Program-made: the position numbers and the translations under genes
In this document: positions 11,887-22,330 of the stretch, in pieces
Layout of the letters: each line of letters opens with the position of its first letter
Position numbering within the stretch: position 1 is the first letter of the stretch
The notes under the pieces: model-generated
Databases searched by the model: none
What the model was told of the DNA's origin: nothing
What the model saw: the letters and a program-made list of their open reading frames with translations, nothing else
NCBI GenBank assembly: GCA_963764725.1
Contig: CAVXTM010000015.1
Coordinates: 256,001 to 320,000, forward strand
Length of the DNA stretch: 64,000 bases
DNA from: an uncultured Gammaproteobacteria bacterium
Lineage (GTDB): Bacteria > Pseudomonadota > Gammaproteobacteria > JACCXJ01
Direction: 5' to 3'

Positions 11887-12090
11887 ATGGATATCCCTGG
11901 GGTTGAGTTCGTAGTTGACCGCGCTGGCCGGGAAAAGGCGGTGCTTGTAGACCTTAAGCGCCACGGGGCCCTTTGGGAGGACATGTACGATGCCTACCTT
12001 GCACATCGCCGTAGGAAAGAACCTCGTGAATCCTTGGCTGCCGTGAAGGCCCGGATCGAGAGAGCAGGCAAACGGAAGGGGAGTGCCTGA
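11887..12090 (+). CDS. Putative antitoxin (RelE-associated)
   Basis: MDIPGVEFVVDRAGREKAVLVDL...WEDMYD..LA..RR.EPRESL; GGAGG RBS; overlaps the relE-like start. Confidence 0.75.
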   Translation: MDIPGVEFVVDRAGREKAVLVDLKRHGALWEDMYDAYLAHRRRKEPRESLAAVKARIERAGKRKGSA

Positions 12091-12344
12091 ATACTCGATT
12101 CGTTTTGCCCGTTCTGCGAGAAAGGAACTCGAGGCGCTTGATCCTTCGGTGGCGCTCCGGGTTCTCGGAAAGATCGAGGGCTTAGGGACGAATCCACGAC
12201 CAGTTGGCGTCGTGAAGATCGAAGGCGCGGAAAGCCTCTGGCGTATCCGCGTTGGCGATTGACGGGTCATCTACCAGATCTTCGATCGAAAGCATGCGAT
12301 CGATATAGTAGCCGTACGCCATCGGCGACGCATATCGTCGATAA
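12083..12344 (+). pseudogene. RelE/ParE family toxin with an internal stop
   Basis: MPEYSIRFARSARKELEALD...NPRP.GV.K...LWRIRVGD*RVIY...VRHR; TGA at 12260 where Trp/Tyr is expected, plus a terminal frameshift. Confidence 0.8.
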
Positions 12345-12542
12345 ATGCGCTCAAACAATTCCATCTTGCAATCCCGCCAAGAGGGAGTGCGCGGTTCGTG
12401 TCCGCGAGCCCCGCGGTACCCAACTTAATACCAATCCGGCACCCGCTAGCGTACCTGATAGCCGCGGGGCGGAGAAACTACTCGGATCTGTTGTAGCGCA
12501 CAGGGAGACAGGGTCAGGTCAGGTCTCGACATATCAGTAGTC

Positions 12543-12624
12543 GTCGCCCGTCTGTAGCGCAGTGGAACACGGGGAACGGCAGCATCTTCATTCCCCGGAT
12601 TCCATTGCATTCCATTCGGGCTAC
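12543..12624. repeat. REPIN-like inverted REP doublet
   Basis: gtcgcccgtctgtagcgcagtggaacacgggg ... ccccggattccattgcattccattcgggctac (GTAG-type REP arms). Confidence 0.65.
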
Positions 12625-12658
12625 ACTCGCTGCGGCGGACTTTAAACGGCCTCAGCAT

Positions 12659-15427
12659 ATGGCGTACAACGCGTTCATCTCATACAGCCATGCGGCGGAC
12701 GGTAAACTGGCGCCGGCGTTGCAGTCGGCGCTGCATCGGTTTGCGAAACCCTGGTATCGGTTGCGGCAGTTGCACGTGTTCCGCGACAAGACCAGCCTCA
12801 CGGCGGATCCGGGCCTGTGGTCCGCGATCGAGAACGCGCTGAGACAATCCGAATGGCTGCTGCTCTTAGCATCGCCGGAAGCCGCGAACTCCCACTGGGT
12901 CCAAAAAGAGATCGGCTGGTGGCTCGAGAATAGGGCGACGAACCGCCTCCTCGCGCTGCTCACCGAAGGCGACATCGTCTGGGAACCCGGCCGCAACGAT
13001 TTTGACTGGGCCGCAACGACCGCCTTACCGCGGCTGCTGGCGGGGCGGTTTTCCGAAGAGCCGCTGTATGTCGACTTACGCTGGGCAAAGACCGAGGAAA
13101 AGCTATCGACCCGGCAACCTCGGTTTCTCGACGCCGTGGCGGATATCGCGGCGCCGCTCCATCGCCGGCCCAAGGAAGACTTAGTGGGCGAAGACATCGT
13201 CCAGCATCGGCGCGCCAAGCGCTGGGCCTGGTCCGCGGGGATCGGGCTGGCCGCGCTGACGGTAACCTCCATAGGCGCCGCCTTTATCGCGGTAGACCAA
13301 AGAGACATCGCCTTGCGGCAAAGTGAGATCGCACTGGCACGCCAACTCGCGGCCCAGTCGATCGCGACGGCCGGACAGCGCCCCGATCGGTCATTACTGC
13401 TCGCGCTGCAGTCGTTACGCAGCAAGCGAATTCCCGAAGCGCAGCACAGTTTGCTCACCGCCTTACAACGCCTGTCGCACCGGGCAAGCTTTCTGTCCGG
13501 CCATAACGGGTCCGTCAACCAGGTGGTAGCCACTCCCGACGGAAAGCGGCTGATCTCGGCGGGCGATGACAAGACCATCCGGTTTTGGGACACGGGAACC
13601 CGCCGCGCGATCGGAAAACCGCTCGCCGGACATGGTGCCAAGGTGTGGTATCTCGCCCTCAACCCCGACGGGAAGACCTTGGCTTCGGCGAGCGCGGACG
13701 GCACGATTCGGTTGTGGGATGTTGCCGCGCGCAGGCCGCTCGGCGGCCCGCTGAGAGCGCATACGGATCAGGTCTACGGGCTAGCCTTCCGTCCGGACGG
13801 AAAGGTGCTGGCTTCGGCGAGCGAAGATGGCGCCGTCCGTTTGTGGGATTTGGCGATGCGGAGGCCTGTCGGTGATGCGCTGAGGGGCCATGTGGGGCCT
13901 GTCTACAATGTCGCATTCAGCCCGGACGGCCGGCTCCTCGCCTCGGCGGGCAAAGACAAAATCATCGTGCTATGGGACACCATAAGTTGGAAGGCTCGCG
14001 CGCCTTTGTGCGTGGGGCATTCCGGGCCGGTGAATGAAATCATGTTCAGCCCCGACGGAAAAGTGCTGGCCTCGGCGAGCGACGATAAGAGGGTCTGGCT
14101 CTGGGATCCCGGCACCTGCCGTCCCGTCGGCAAAGCGCTCGAAGGACATGAGCAGCGGGTATGGAGCGTTGCATTCGATCCGGACGGCGCTACGCTCGTT
14201 TCAAGCAGCGATGACGATACCATCATGCTTTGGGATGTGAAACGCCAAGTCCGGCTGAGCGCTCCCATCAGGGGACATGGCGGCGGGGTCTCCAACGCTG
14301 TCTTCTTGCCCGACGGGCGGACGCTCGCATCGGGAGGCAAGGACGCGACGATCATTCTTTGGGATTTAGCGAGCCGCACGCCGCTCGGCCGCGTACTGGC
14401 CGGGCACCGAGGGCCTGTGGCGTCGCTCGCATTCCATCCGAACGGCAAAACATTAGCCACGGCGAGCGAGGATGAGGCGATTGTCCTTTGGGATGTCGCT
14501 GCCGGGGAACCCGCGCGCCCGCCGCTTTACGGCCATCGAGGAGCGATTTCAAGCGTCGCGTTCAGTCCGAATGGCGACACGCTGGCCTCGGCAAATTCGA
14601 ACGATGCGATCCTGTTTTGGGATGTGGCCAGCGGCGATCTCAAAGGTGAAGCCCTCCATGGAGATCGCGGCACGGTCGTGACTTACGGTGCCGGCGGAAA
14701 AGCGCTGGCGTCGGGCGGGGAAGATAAGAGCGTCGTCCTGTGGAACCTTGGGAGCGGTAAGCTGGCGCGAAAAAAAACACTGGGGACCCATCAAGATGCG
14801 GTCAATAGCCTGGCCTTGAGCCCGGATGGTAAGCTACTCGCCTCCGGAAGCCGCGACGGTACGATCCGCCTCTGGGACATGATCACGGGATCTGCCCTCG
14901 GAGAGGCGCTGAGCGAACATCACGATGCGGTAACGTCGCTCGCATTCAATCCCCTGGGAGCAACCTTTGTTTCGGCAAGCAGTGACGAAAGCATCCTCGT
15001 CTGGGACCGCGAGCGTCGAATACCCATCGGCGAAGCACTCGTGGAACATCAAGGTGATGTCACGGCGATCGCGTTTAGTCCGGACGGGAAATTACTCGCG
15101 TCGGGGGGCAGCGACGGGACCGTCCGGTTATGGGACTTCGTCAACGAAATGCGCTTCGGCGATACGTTTTTGGGACATCAGGGCACGATCCGCAGTATGG
15201 CGTTTAGCCCCGATGGGAAGGCCCTGGCCTCGGCGAGCGATGATCACACCATCGTCTTGTGGGACGTTGACAGCGCTCTATGGGAGCAACGTGCTTGCGC
15301 GATCGCCAACCGCAATCTTACCGCGTTGGAATGGCGGCATTACCTCGGACCCGCACGGCCCTATGAGAAGACGTGTCCCGAGCTCCCGGACAGAGCGCCG
15401 GATGCGGAAGACCATCTACGCTTTTGA
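12659..15427 (+). CDS. TIR domain - transmembrane helix - 14x WD40 repeat protein
   Basis: N-terminal YNAFISYSH..D, VFRD, S.WVQKEI; hydrophobic helix WAWSAGIGLAALTVTSIGAAFIAV; 14 GH...WD repeats counted. Confidence 0.92.
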   Translation: MAYNAFISYSHAADGKLAPALQSALHRFAKPWYRLRQLHVFRDKTSLTADPGLWSAIENALRQSEWLLLLASPEAANSHWVQKEIGWWLENRATNRLLALLTEGDIVWEPGRNDFDWAATTALPRLLAGRFSEEPLYVDLRWAKTEEKLSTRQPRFLDAVADIAAPLHRRPKEDLVGEDIVQHRRAKRWAWSAGIGLAALTVTSIGAAFIAVDQRDIALRQSEIALARQLAAQSIATAGQRPDRSLLLALQSLRSKRIPEAQHSLLTALQRLSHRASFLSGHNGSVNQVVATPDGKRLISAGDDKTIRFWDTGTRRAIGKPLAGHGAKVWYLALNPDGKTLASASADGTIRLWDVAARRPLGGPLRAHTDQVYGLAFRPDGKVLASASEDGAVRLWDLAMRRPVGDALRGHVGPVYNVAFSPDGRLLASAGKDKIIVLWDTISWKARAPLCVGHSGPVNEIMFSPDGKVLASASDDKRVWLWDPGTCRPVGKALEGHEQRVWSVAFDPDGATLVSSSDDDTIMLWDVKRQVRLSAPIRGHGGGVSNAVFLPDGRTLASGGKDATIILWDLASRTPLGRVLAGHRGPVASLAFHPNGKTLATASEDEAIVLWDVAAGEPARPPLYGHRGAISSVAFSPNGDTLASANSNDAILFWDVASGDLKGEALHGDRGTVVTYGAGGKALASGGEDKSVVLWNLGSGKLARKKTLGTHQDAVNSLALSPDGKLLASGSRDGTIRLWDMITGSALGEALSEHHDAVTSLAFNPLGATFVSASSDESILVWDRERRIPIGEALVEHQGDVTAIAFSPDGKLLASGGSDGTVRLWDFVNEMRFGDTFLGHQGTIRSMAFSPDGKALASASDDHTIVLWDVDSALWEQRACAIANRNLTALEWRHYLGPARPYEKTCPELPDRAPDAEDHLRF

Positions 15428-15559
15428 TAGGTGCCGATCAGCGCCGCCTGGGCTAGGACATGCCCCGCCATCGTCTGCTCCAATTGGGCTTTGGTGGATT
15501 TGTTAGATCGGACAGCGCGCTACCCGAGGCATAAAGCGAGTGCAGCCTGGATGGCAGTC

Positions 15560-15823
15560 CTATTGTCGGTAAACTTCTTTGCGATGACCTGCCCTAACGA
15601 TTTCTATAGTAAGGCTGTCACCATCAACGCTATAGACTACGCGGTAGTCGCCTGATCTTAACCTGTAGGTATGTTTCGTCCCTGAGAGTTTACGCACACC
15701 TGGAGGAAAGGGATTTTTCATCAATTCTTCAGCGATGCTGATTAGGCGTCCAATGACCTCGCGTGGAAGCCGTCGTAGATCTTTTTCAGCCGAGGCTTTC
15801 CACGTCAGTCTATACAAGGCCAT
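15560..15823 (-). CDS. RelE/ParE family toxin
   Basis: Y.L.WK.SAEKDLRRL...NPFP.GVRKL.G...YRLRSGDYRVVY...GHRKEVY. Confidence 0.9.
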   Translation of the reverse strand: MALYRLTWKASAEKDLRRLPREVIGRLISIAEELMKNPFPPGVRKLSGTKHTYRLRSGDYRVVYSVDGDSLTIEIVRAGHRKEVYRQ

Positions 15824-15986
15824 CCGCCTTTAGGCGGGCCACCAGTTCATCATGCGTTATGGCTGGTTCTTCTCGACGTTCTGCGATACGTGCTAAATCC
15901 TCCAAGTCTTCCAATAACTCCTCATAGTCTGCCACTGGCAAGACTACGGAAACTCGTTCTCCCTTTTCGTTCGTCAGAAATTGCAC
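15810..15986 (-). CDS. Putative antitoxin (58 aa)
   Basis: Read from sequence: VQFLTNEKGERVSVVLPVADYEELLEDLEDLARIAERREEPAITHDELVARLKADGLV*; overlaps the relE start. Confidence 0.75.
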   Translation of the reverse strand: MQFLTNEKGERVSVVLPVADYEELLEDLEDLARIAERREEPAITHDELVARLKADGLV

Positions 15987-16158
15987 GTTCGCCGCCCTAT
16001 GCCGTTCTTCTCATGGGCATTCACCGACTCAATCATAGCACACCGAATCATCGGCATCGTCGTCTTCCCATCGAAGCGGGTACATCCTTTATCGGTGCTG
16101 GGAATGCCCTCAGGCGTATAACTCCAGCGTCGCGCTGATTTCGAGGCAACCTAACTAT

Positions 16159-16923
16159 TCAACTCCAACAACCGAGGCCCCGGTGTCTCCCTAGAGCACT
16201 CCGTATTAGCCGCTGCAATCGATGCCAATGCGAACCCTGCCAGTAAACTCGATGACATGCGCGGCAGACCCAAAACTCTTTATAACGGTTTACAATATCG
16301 GGCGCGAGCATGGCATGCAAAGATTGTTTGCCGATCGGCTCCAACAACTGATTACAAACACTGCATCGAGTGAAGGGACGAATTTCACCGGCGAGGTCCA
16401 AGCGCCTCGTCACCTCTTCTAATTGCCTGCTCGGCAGAGGCGCGCGGACGTAGCAACCGTGGGTAATGGCACGGCGCATGAGTAGATCCCGATCTCGGGT
16501 AAGAACTATGCGACGCTGCGCGAGCGAGATCTGTGCAATCTCGTCATCGCGAAAATCATTTCGGTAAAGGGTATCGAAGCCCAAAAAACGTAGGTATCTC
16601 GCCAAGGCACCAAGGTGTGCATCGGCGATGAATTGTATTTTCCGGAGCGTCCGGTCCCGTACGCGCACGAGCGACATGACGTCGAGCGACTCGAATTGAG
16701 GATAGACACTGATCCGATCACAGTCATGGAGAACGTAGCAAAAATCCACTGATTCACCGTTAGCCATGATTAGCTCGACTTCCGTGTGCGGAACGCCGAG
16801 TGCCTCGATTGCGTGTTTGACAGTGGCCCGCTCAGCGACTGCATGACAAAACGGGCGCTTTCGCTGCTCGGGCCGGAGGAAGTCGTTCAATTCCTCGTAA
16901 AACCGAAATTCAACGATGACCAT
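16159..16923 (-). CDS. Mut7-C ubiquitin-like / RNase (PIN-like) domain protein
   Basis: RFYEELNDFL..EALGVPHTEV..DRISVYP; FIADAHLG.LARYLR.LGFDT; LTRDR; Zn ribbon RCSVCN..CRAC.RVYWQGSH. Confidence 0.9.
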   Translation of the reverse strand: MVIVEFRFYEELNDFLRPEQRKRPFCHAVAERATVKHAIEALGVPHTEVELIMANGESVDFCYVLHDCDRISVYPQFESLDVMSLVRVRDRTLRKIQFIADAHLGALARYLRFLGFDTLYRNDFRDDEIAQISLAQRRIVLTRDRDLLMRRAITHGCYVRAPLPSRQLEEVTRRLDLAGEIRPFTRCSVCNQLLEPIGKQSLHAMLAPDIVNRYKEFWVCRACHRVYWQGSHWHRLQRLIRSALGRHRGLGCWS

Positions 16924-17087
16924 AAGCGCAATTTGCCGCTTTCACTCGGTAATGACAAGGTCGATGCCGGTAATCAATTTGATTTCGCCACCACGGGGTA
17001 TGAACCCCACGGCTAAAGGATCCCGCGGCAAGACCGCGGGGAATAAATTTGAAGTCGTAACCGAGGGTGACGCGCAGGCCAACTGCG

Positions 17088-17770
17088 TCAAATCACGCTT
17101 TCGATCCAATCCGTCATGGCATCCAGAATTTCGGCCCTAACTTGCGAATCCTTGCGTCCGGTGCGCGCGGGCACATGAAACGAATGATCGGCGTCGGCGA
17201 ACAGCTTGAGGGTTGCGCGCGCGCCGAGCTGTTCGACAAGCGGCTCTAGCAGCGGCAGGTCGGCGAGCGCGTCACGGCTTCCCTGCAGGAACAGCATCGG
17301 GATTTGCACATCGAAGAGGTGTTTGCCGCGCTCGTCCGACGGACGCCCCGGCGGATGGAGCGGAAATCCCAAAAACACTAGGCCGCGTACCCCGGGGAAC
17401 GGCGCCTCCGCTTGCGCCTGCGAAGTCATGCGCCCGCCGTAAGACTTGCCACCCGCGAACAGGGCGAGCCCGGGAGTGAGGCGTGACGCTTCCGCCGTCG
17501 CGGCGCGGACGGTGGCCTGGGCAAGCCTCGGGAGCGTCCGGCCGCTTCGATCCACGCTCCATGTACGGGAACTGATAACGCAAGCGTGGCAATGCCGCGC
17601 TCCGCAAGTCCGTCCGCGACGGCTGACATGAACGGGTGCGCCATACCCGCCCCCGCGCCGTGCGCCAGCACGTAGCAGGCGCGCGCGTTCTGCGGTGCTT
17701 GTAGCAAGCCGGAGACGCGCTGGGTATCGTCAACGGCGATCGACACGGACTGGGCGATGTAGACCTTCAT
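17088..17770 (-). CDS. Alpha/beta hydrolase (KANL3/Tex30-like), frameshift at ~17580
   Basis: VLAHGAGAGM.HPFM, YQFPYME, GGKSYGGRM, LGFPLHPPG, DHSF. Confidence 0.85.
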
Positions 17771-18483
17771 GCGAGGCTCGATCCGAACCGCATCAGCGTC
17801 TGCGCATATTCCGGCGCCGTCGTTTCGTGCATGAAGTACACGTAAGTTTCGCGCCAAGCGGTGGCCGCGAGCCGGTCCGCCCACTGCTTTAGATCGGCGT
17901 CCGAGTAAGTTTCGAGCCGAAGCCGGACGTAGCCCCAGGGCGCGGTTTCCACCAGAGGCGGCGGCGCGTTGTCTTCGCGTTCGGAGAGCACCAGCGCCGC
18001 GCCGGTGCTTCTGAGCGCGTCGTAGACATCGTCGGCGAACCAGCTCTCGTTGCGGAACTCGAACGCGGCGCGGTGTTCCTTAGGCAGCAAGGCAAGAAAC
18101 GCCGTGAGGCGTGGCAGGTCCTTCTTCAGGAATGGCGGCAGCTGAAACAGCACCGGGCCGCGCTTTGCGCCGAGGGCCGCGAGGTTCTTGTAGAGGTAGG
18201 CGACGGAGTCGGCGGCCTCGTCCGCCTTGAGGCGCGCCATGTGCGTGATGCGCCGTGACGCCTTGATCGCAAACCGGAAGTCCTTCGGCGTCGCGCTTGC
18301 CCAGTTCTCGAGCACCTCCTTCTTCGGCATGCGATAGAAGGTGTTGTTGATCTCCACCGTCGGCAGTCGTCCGGCGTAATACGCCAGCATGGCATCCGGC
18401 TTGATGTCCTCGGGATAGAAGTCGCCCTTCCATTCCTTGTAGGAGTAGCCACTCGCACCTGCGTAGATCTTTGAGGCTGTCAT
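17767..18483 (-). CDS. DUF72 family protein
   Basis: GASGYSYKEW.G.FYP, TVEINNTFY, FQLPP, EFRNESW, YVRLR. Confidence 0.92.
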   Translation of the reverse strand: MTASKIYAGASGYSYKEWKGDFYPEDIKPDAMLAYYAGRLPTVEINNTFYRMPKKEVLENWASATPKDFRFAIKASRRITHMARLKADEAADSVAYLYKNLAALGAKRGPVLFQLPPFLKKDLPRLTAFLALLPKEHRAAFEFRNESWFADDVYDALRSTGAALVLSEREDNAPPPLVETAPWGYVRLRLETYSDADLKQWADRLAATAWRETYVYFMHETTAPEYAQTLMRFGSSLA

Positions 18484-18537
18484 AATATGTACGGCTATTT
18501 TTACTCGGTTCTGCTCAGCTTCTTAGAATAATACGGC

Positions 18538-21252
18538 ATGACGAAAGGCAAGCTCAGCGAATATTCCGCCAAGCGGAGCTTCAACGGCAACGCCCGAACC
18601 GGCTCCCGCGCTTACCGAAGGGCGTAGCGGGCCGCTGCTGTTCGTCGTCCAGCAGCATTCGGCCCGCCGGCTGCACTACGACTTCCGGCTCGAATGCGAC
18701 GGTGTGCTCAAGTCCTGGGCGGTTCCCAAGGGACCGTCGCTCGATCCCGGCGAAAAGCGCCTCGCCGTGCACGTGGAGGATCATCCCTACGACTACGGCT
18801 CGTTCGAGGGCGTGATCCCGCCCGGACAATACGGCGCAGGCGAAGTGATCGTCTGGGATTGCGGCGTCTACTCTCCCGACGAAGGCGGCCAGACCTGGTT
18901 CCACGATCGCAACGCAGGCTGAGCGGCAGGTCCGGGCAGGGGTGGAGCAAGGCAAGCTCAGCATCGAGCTCCGCGGCGAGAAGCTCAAAGGCTCCTTCGC
19001 GCTGGTGCGCACCAAGGACAAAAAGAGCTGGCTCCTGATCAAGCACAAGGACCGGTTCACCTCCCAGGACGATGTCACGCAGAAGAACCGCTCGGTACTC
19101 TCCGGCGTCGCGGTAGAAGATCTCAAGGTCGTTCCCGCGCATCGGATCCCCGCCGCGCTGCTCGTCCCGGCCGGCGAGGTCGAGGCGATGCCGGAAAAGC
19201 TCGCGCCGATGCTCGCGGAAGTCGCCGATTCGCCCTTCAACAAAGCTGACTGGATGTGGGAGCCCAAGCTCGACGGCTATCGGGTGCTCGCCTTTATTGA
19301 CGAGCATGGCGTGAAGCTGCGTTCGCGGCGCGGGCTCGATTTGTCCGGCAGTTTTCCGGCCCTCGCCGCGGAGCTCGGCAAACAAGCCGTGAGGGGCATG
19401 ATCCTGGATGGGGAGATCGTGGCGTTCGATGCAGCCGGCAGGCCCTCGTTCAACGCGCTGCAAAACCGCGTGAAGTTGAAGACGGAACGGGAGATTGCAG
19501 CAGCGGACCGGAACGTGCCCGCGGTGTTCTACTGTTTCGACCTGCTGTATTTCGCAGGCATTGACCTGCGCAAGGCGCCGTACCGGGACCGGCGTCGCTA
19601 TATCGCCCAATGCCTGCTGCCAATCGCCCCTCGTGCAGCTCGTGCACGCGTCGGAAGACGGGATTGCAATGCACAAGGCGGCGCTCGCCAGCGGCTTCGA
19701 GGGCGTGATCGGCAAGCGCAAGGACAGCCGCTACGAGGCCGGCCGGCGATCGGCGTCGTGGCTGAAGATCAAGCCTACACGCAGCGCCGATTTCGTCGTC
19801 GGCGGCTACACGAAAGGCAAAGGCTCGCGTGAGCCGCTCGGCGCCCTCCTGCTCGGCTACTGGGACAAAGGCAAGCTGCGCTACGCCTCGCATGTCGGGT
19901 CCGGTTTCGCCGACAAGACGCTCGCGCAGGTCAAGACGCGGCTGGATGGCCTGCAACGGAAGACCTGCCCCTTCGCCGAAAAGCCGGAGCTGAATGGTCC
20001 GGTCACCTGGGTCGAGCCCGAGGCCGTCGCCGAAGTGAGCTTTCAGAGCTGGACCGAGGACGGCTCGTTGCGCGCACCGGTATTCCTGCGGCTACGCGAT
20101 GACATCGATCCGAAATCGGTGCGGCGCGCCGAGCCCGCCCGAGCGTCGCAGCCGGGTCCGCGTGCCGACTCTCGCGCCGGCGGCGAAGTCGAGGAGATCC
20201 TGGCGCAACTCGAAAACAGGAAAACCGCCTTCCCGCTCGCGGTGGGCCCGCACCGGATCCACCTCACACACCTCGATCGTGTCTACTGGCCCGCCGATCC
20301 GGCGCTGCAGCAGCCAGCGCTCACCAAGCGCGACCTGCTGCGCTACTTCGCGCAGGTGTCACCCTATATCCTGCCGCATCTCGTCGCGCGGCCGCTCACC
20401 ATGATCCGCATGCCCGATGGCATCAAGAAGCAGCGTTTCTTTCAGAAGCACTGGGAGCAGGAGCGACCGGAGTTCGTCGAGACCATCACTGTGTTCTCGG
20501 GGCATAAGGATGAAATCCACGAATACCTGCTGTGCAGCAACCTGCCGACCTTGCTGTGGCTCGCGCAATCCGGAACGCTCGAATTCCATGTCTGGCATTC
20601 GCGCGCAAAGCCCGGACCCGACGCGGCATCGAAGAGCACCGACTACGCCTCCTCCCTCGAGGCGCTGGAGGCCTCGGTGCTCAACTATCCGGACTACGTG
20701 GTGTTCGACATCGACCCCTACATCTATTCCGGCAAGGAAGCGGCGGGCGCGGAACCCGAGCTGAACACGGTCGCTTTCGAGAAGGGCAAAGAGGTGGCGT
20801 TCCGGCTGCGCGAGCTCCTGCAGACCATGTCGCTCGAACCCATCGTCAAGACCTCGGGCAAGACCGGCCTGCACGTGTTCGTGCCGATCCGGCGCACGCT
20901 CGATTTCGACGCCGCGCGCCATGTGTCGGAGCTGGTCGGCCGCCACCTGATGCGCCTGCACCCCAAGGACATCACCCTGGAGTGGAGCGTGCCCAAGCGG
21001 ACGGGAAAGATTTTTATGGACTATAATATGAACGTCCGCGGCAAGACCCTGAACGTCGCCTACTCGCCCAGAGGCGAGCCTGGGGCGCCGGTGTCGATGC
21101 CGCTCGGCTGGGAGGAACTTGCAGGCGCACATCCGCTCGATTTCAGGATCACGAACGCGGCGCAGCGCCTGATGGAGACGGGCGATCGCTGGCGCGACGC
21201 CCTGACCCGCAAACAAAGCCTTGAGCAGGCGCTGAAGCGCGCGCAGGCCTGA
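18538..21252 (+). CDS. ligD: NHEJ DNA ligase D (phosphoesterase-ligase-polymerase); frameshifts at ~18583, ~18917, ~19622
   Basis: PE: [23 protein letters not shown]; ligase: [19 protein letters not shown]; polymerase: [21 protein letters not shown]. Confidence 0.93.
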
Positions 21253-21346
21253 CGGAAGCGGAGGTATATCTCCTCGCGCGCTGCAAGGAATTCGTACGCG
21301 AAGACCTCTATATCTGTACTCGCGAGACGCATCCGCAGCGGGTTGC

Positions 21347-21865
21347 CTAGCATGCGCGCCTTAATTCCTCGCGTTCGCCCTCGCTCAAGGCCGAACTGAA
21401 ATGGAGCACCTGATCCAAGATGTCGTTGGTCTCGAAGTAAGCCTTGCGACAGTCGAGGTGCACGAACCCTCCAGGAGAGAAGCGGCCTTCTTCATAGAAC
21501 ACAATCCGGATGCGCCAGCTCCCGCGCCCGATGGGCTGGCGGCAGCTGCGGCATTTGGCCTGGCCGCTCGGCGAGCGCTCGGCGCCGTCGATGCGCGGCA
21601 GGCGCCGGTGCGTGAGGCTGCTGCGCGCCGCGCGCTCCAGCCTCTCTCGATCGGGCACGTGCTCGGGCGCTTCCCCGAGGGCCTGAAGCAGCGGCTCTGG
21701 CCGCTTGTAGGCCGCGCACGTGGGATGGAACCAGAGCGTCATCTCACCCTCCCCGAAAGGGTTGGGCAGGCGCTCGCCGAAACGCAGCTCGCCACGCTCG
21801 ATGGGCCGGCCGCAGCCGCGGCACTTGGAGCGACCGCTCGAGGCGGGTTCGAAGAGGTGGGACAT
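21347..21865 (-). CDS. Tandem PARP-type zinc-finger protein (172 aa)
   Basis: EPASSGRSK-CRGC-X28-HPTC and ERSPSGQAK-CRSC-X27-HLDC; fits the zf-PARP pattern C-X2-C-X28-30-H-X2-C. Confidence 0.8.
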   Translation of the reverse strand: MSHLFEPASSGRSKCRGCGRPIERGELRFGERLPNPFGEGEMTLWFHPTCAAYKRPEPLLQALGEAPEHVPDRERLERAARSSLTHRRLPRIDGAERSPSGQAKCRSCRQPIGRGSWRIRIVFYEEGRFSPGGFVHLDCRKAYFETNDILDQVLHFSSALSEGEREELRRAC

Positions 21866-22330
21866 GCTGAAAGAATATCGCTTTGGCGGGAGCCGCGTCA
21901 CGCGAGCGCCGGCAACGCCCGCGCGCGAACGCCCTGCTGCAGCGCCAGGACCTTCCCGTTCAGGATTCGAGCGCCGTCGCCGGGCCGGTCGCCCGCAGTA
22001 GGTGAGCGTTGCAACCACGAGATCGCCATGGCAGACGCTACCCGAGTACGTAATTTTGTGAGACGGAACGTCCAGCGCATCGAGCGGTTGTTAGTCAAAT
22101 TGGGACCGGCCATCGATTCCAGTCCATCAGCGTTAGCCCTTCCGGGGATAGACTCCGTTCCCAGGAAAAGTTAAGGCCCGTTAGCGACCCAAAGCAGGCA
22201 GACATATGAAACGGGCAATTGATAAACTGCCAACGCAATCCTTTTCCGCTGTGCCCGTGACAACAATTGTCTGGCACCAACATTTGCTTGCGGCGGAATG
22301 AACCCTGAGACAAATGTAAGGAGGCACTAA

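Noticed and set aside
12260-12262. TGA read as Trp (alternative genetic code) in relE
   Set aside because: TGA ends many intact genes in this window, so this is a nonsense mutation.
13490-15270. Periodic nucleotide repeats suggesting an array
   Set aside because: Explained by WD40 coding repeats; no CRISPR repeat/spacer structure.
22060-22200. Several GTTAG motifs suggesting integron attC sites
   Set aside because: No paired RYYYAAC/L-box structure and no integrase in the window.
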